From an uncultured virus (IMG/VR IMGVR_UViG_3300031998_000016) (taxonomy: Duplodnaviria; Heunggongvirae; Uroviricota; Caudoviricetes), in IMG/VR virus record IMGVR_UViG_3300031998_000016: DNA of 64,000 nt; one strand, given 5' to 3'. Positions 62,789-64,000 of this stretch are shown here, piece by piece. The notes below the pieces were generated by a model that was not told the DNA's origin, made no database searches, and saw only the letters and a program-made list of their open reading frames with translations. A program made the position numbers and the translations under genes. Within the stretch, counting starts at the first letter, position 1. Each line of letters starts with the position of its first letter.

Positions 62789-64000
62789 TCGCTCTCACTT
62801 CCTTTGATAGTAGCTGAGTATTCTTCTGGTGTTAAAATACGCGGCTCTAAAGTCTAAGATGGTAATTTTGTTTCGTCGATAGAATATACATTTAATGTAC
62901 CTTCTATAACTGCATTTACATTTTCCGGCGCAAGTTCGTAGTCTTCTGTAGTCTTTACTTCACCTTGCTCTTCACCAAGTAAGATAGGAGCAATATCTCT
63001 ATCCTAAGCGTAAACCGCAAGCGTTAAATCTGGTTCGACAGTACCACTATATTCTTCCGGATATAATACTGGATGAGGACTAGTTTCCTCAACAACAGTT
63101 TCAATATTCTTGCCGCAAGGACAAGCATTATTAACTACATCATAAGCAGTTAATATAATCATTTGACCATTCTTTGGTCTTAATGCATTTAATTTCATTG
63201 AGAATACAGTTGGGTCGCCACTTGCATTTAAGTTTAATTTATTAGTTACAGACAATTTGCATAATGGAATTTCAATTTGGTACTTAATATCTTCTCCATA
63301 TCTATCGCGCATAAAAGTCTGGCCAACAAACTTAAAGTAGCCGGGATAATGTTTAGAATCTATAATAAGTCTTTTGCCTAATGATTTGTGTTCTTTAGCC
63401 TTGAAACGTTCCCATTTATAATAACGTTCCCCACCTTTGATTATAGCTAAGTTACCTGTAACCCTTTGACCATTGCGGCGATAAAATTCAAAAGCATTTG
63501 GTATGTATGGTTGCATTGTCTTAGGGTTCAAATAAACCTTTAAAGGTGTCTGGGAATATTTGTCAAGGTATCTATACTGTCCGTGAAGCATATTTACATC
63601 AGTGTCTATACAGAAGTCCTGTTTAGCTACGAATTCCTCACATTCTTCTATATAGAAGGCATCGTCGTATCCTGTTTCTAGTTTGTATATAGTTTCTTGC
63701 GGCGAAGTAATATTAGTATTGTACACTACATTTACATTAGCAAAATAACGGTAAGGTAAGTAATCGCCATTGTTAATGGCATAATTTTCATCAGTTGTTC
63801 GTTGGCTATAAAGTTTATTGCGTTCGCAACCACTTCTATAACCATCTATATATAAATTCTATGTCAAGAACAAAACGTCCGAATCTGTTACATCTTTACC
63901 CCATTCCTTTAATGTAGCAATAGCCACTGGTTCATATTCCTTTTTAGCGTTGGTAATGTGTTCTCTTATCCATTCAAAAACTTCTCTACCATACTGATAA
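62785..64000 (-). CDS. Tail-tube-like structural paralogue, 5'-truncated by the window (at least 3 TAG)
   Basis: YFKFVGQT...QIEIP..KL...L.ASGDPTVFSM. Reads through TAG 63004 to TGA 62785, which overlaps the next ATG. Confidence 0.7.

Noticed and set aside
39521..64000. Fragmented ORFs as pseudogenes or a decayed prophage
   Set aside because: All breaks examined are TAG in a single frame, with no frameshifts or internal TAA/TGA. Motifs, RBSs and gene overlaps are intact.
35..64000. TAG as pyrrolysine or occasional readthrough
   Set aside because: TAG aligns to conserved Gln and occurs more than 30 times in one essential gene. No pyl genes are seen in the window.
35..64000. Diversity-generating retroelement, integrase or transposase
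   Set aside because: No reverse transcriptase, recombinase or template/variable repeat pair was recognised in this window.

Overview
This is a 64 kb AT-rich segment of a large tailed bacteriophage, probably infecting an anaerobic Firmicute (sigma-A-like promoters, AGGAGG/GAGGTG RBSs, NrdD/NrdG, ThyX). The key observation is that TAG is read as a sense codon, almost certainly Gln (genetic code 15). Dozens of the supplied ORF fragments join in frame through TAG into full-length genes, TAG sits at conserved Gln positions, and every gene end I checked is TAA or TGA. Layout: (1) 35-6458 minus strand: HPr-like gene, small gene, 1952-aa repeat-rich fibre with an SGNH domain. (2) 6691-40264 plus strand: nucleotide-metabolism and replication arm (dNMP kinase, ligase, nrdDG, thyX, Dam-like MTase, GyrB/GyrA-like, SSB, AAA NTPase, PIN-PhoH, helicase, primase, RecJ-like, DnaE, ClpP, dUTPase, RuvC-like), with an embedded TAG-rich island carrying a holin-like gene. 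(3) 40303-64000 minus strand: tail module (large tail protein, Dit-like, 2402-aa tape measure, tail-tube-like paralogues). TAG use is uneven: absent from core replisome and nucleotide genes, present in recombination, lysis-like and structural genes, which suggests translational timing control. Other notable items are a promoter-driven structured RNA at about 21553-21714 (anti-Shine-Dalgarno loop plus an anticodon-less tRNA-like domain), strong GCCGC/GCGGC enrichment, apparent GATC avoidance, an HPr-like protein lacking His15, and an ATT start codon. No suppressor tRNA or release factor gene is visible in this window. All calls are by-eye motif recognition; no database searches were run.
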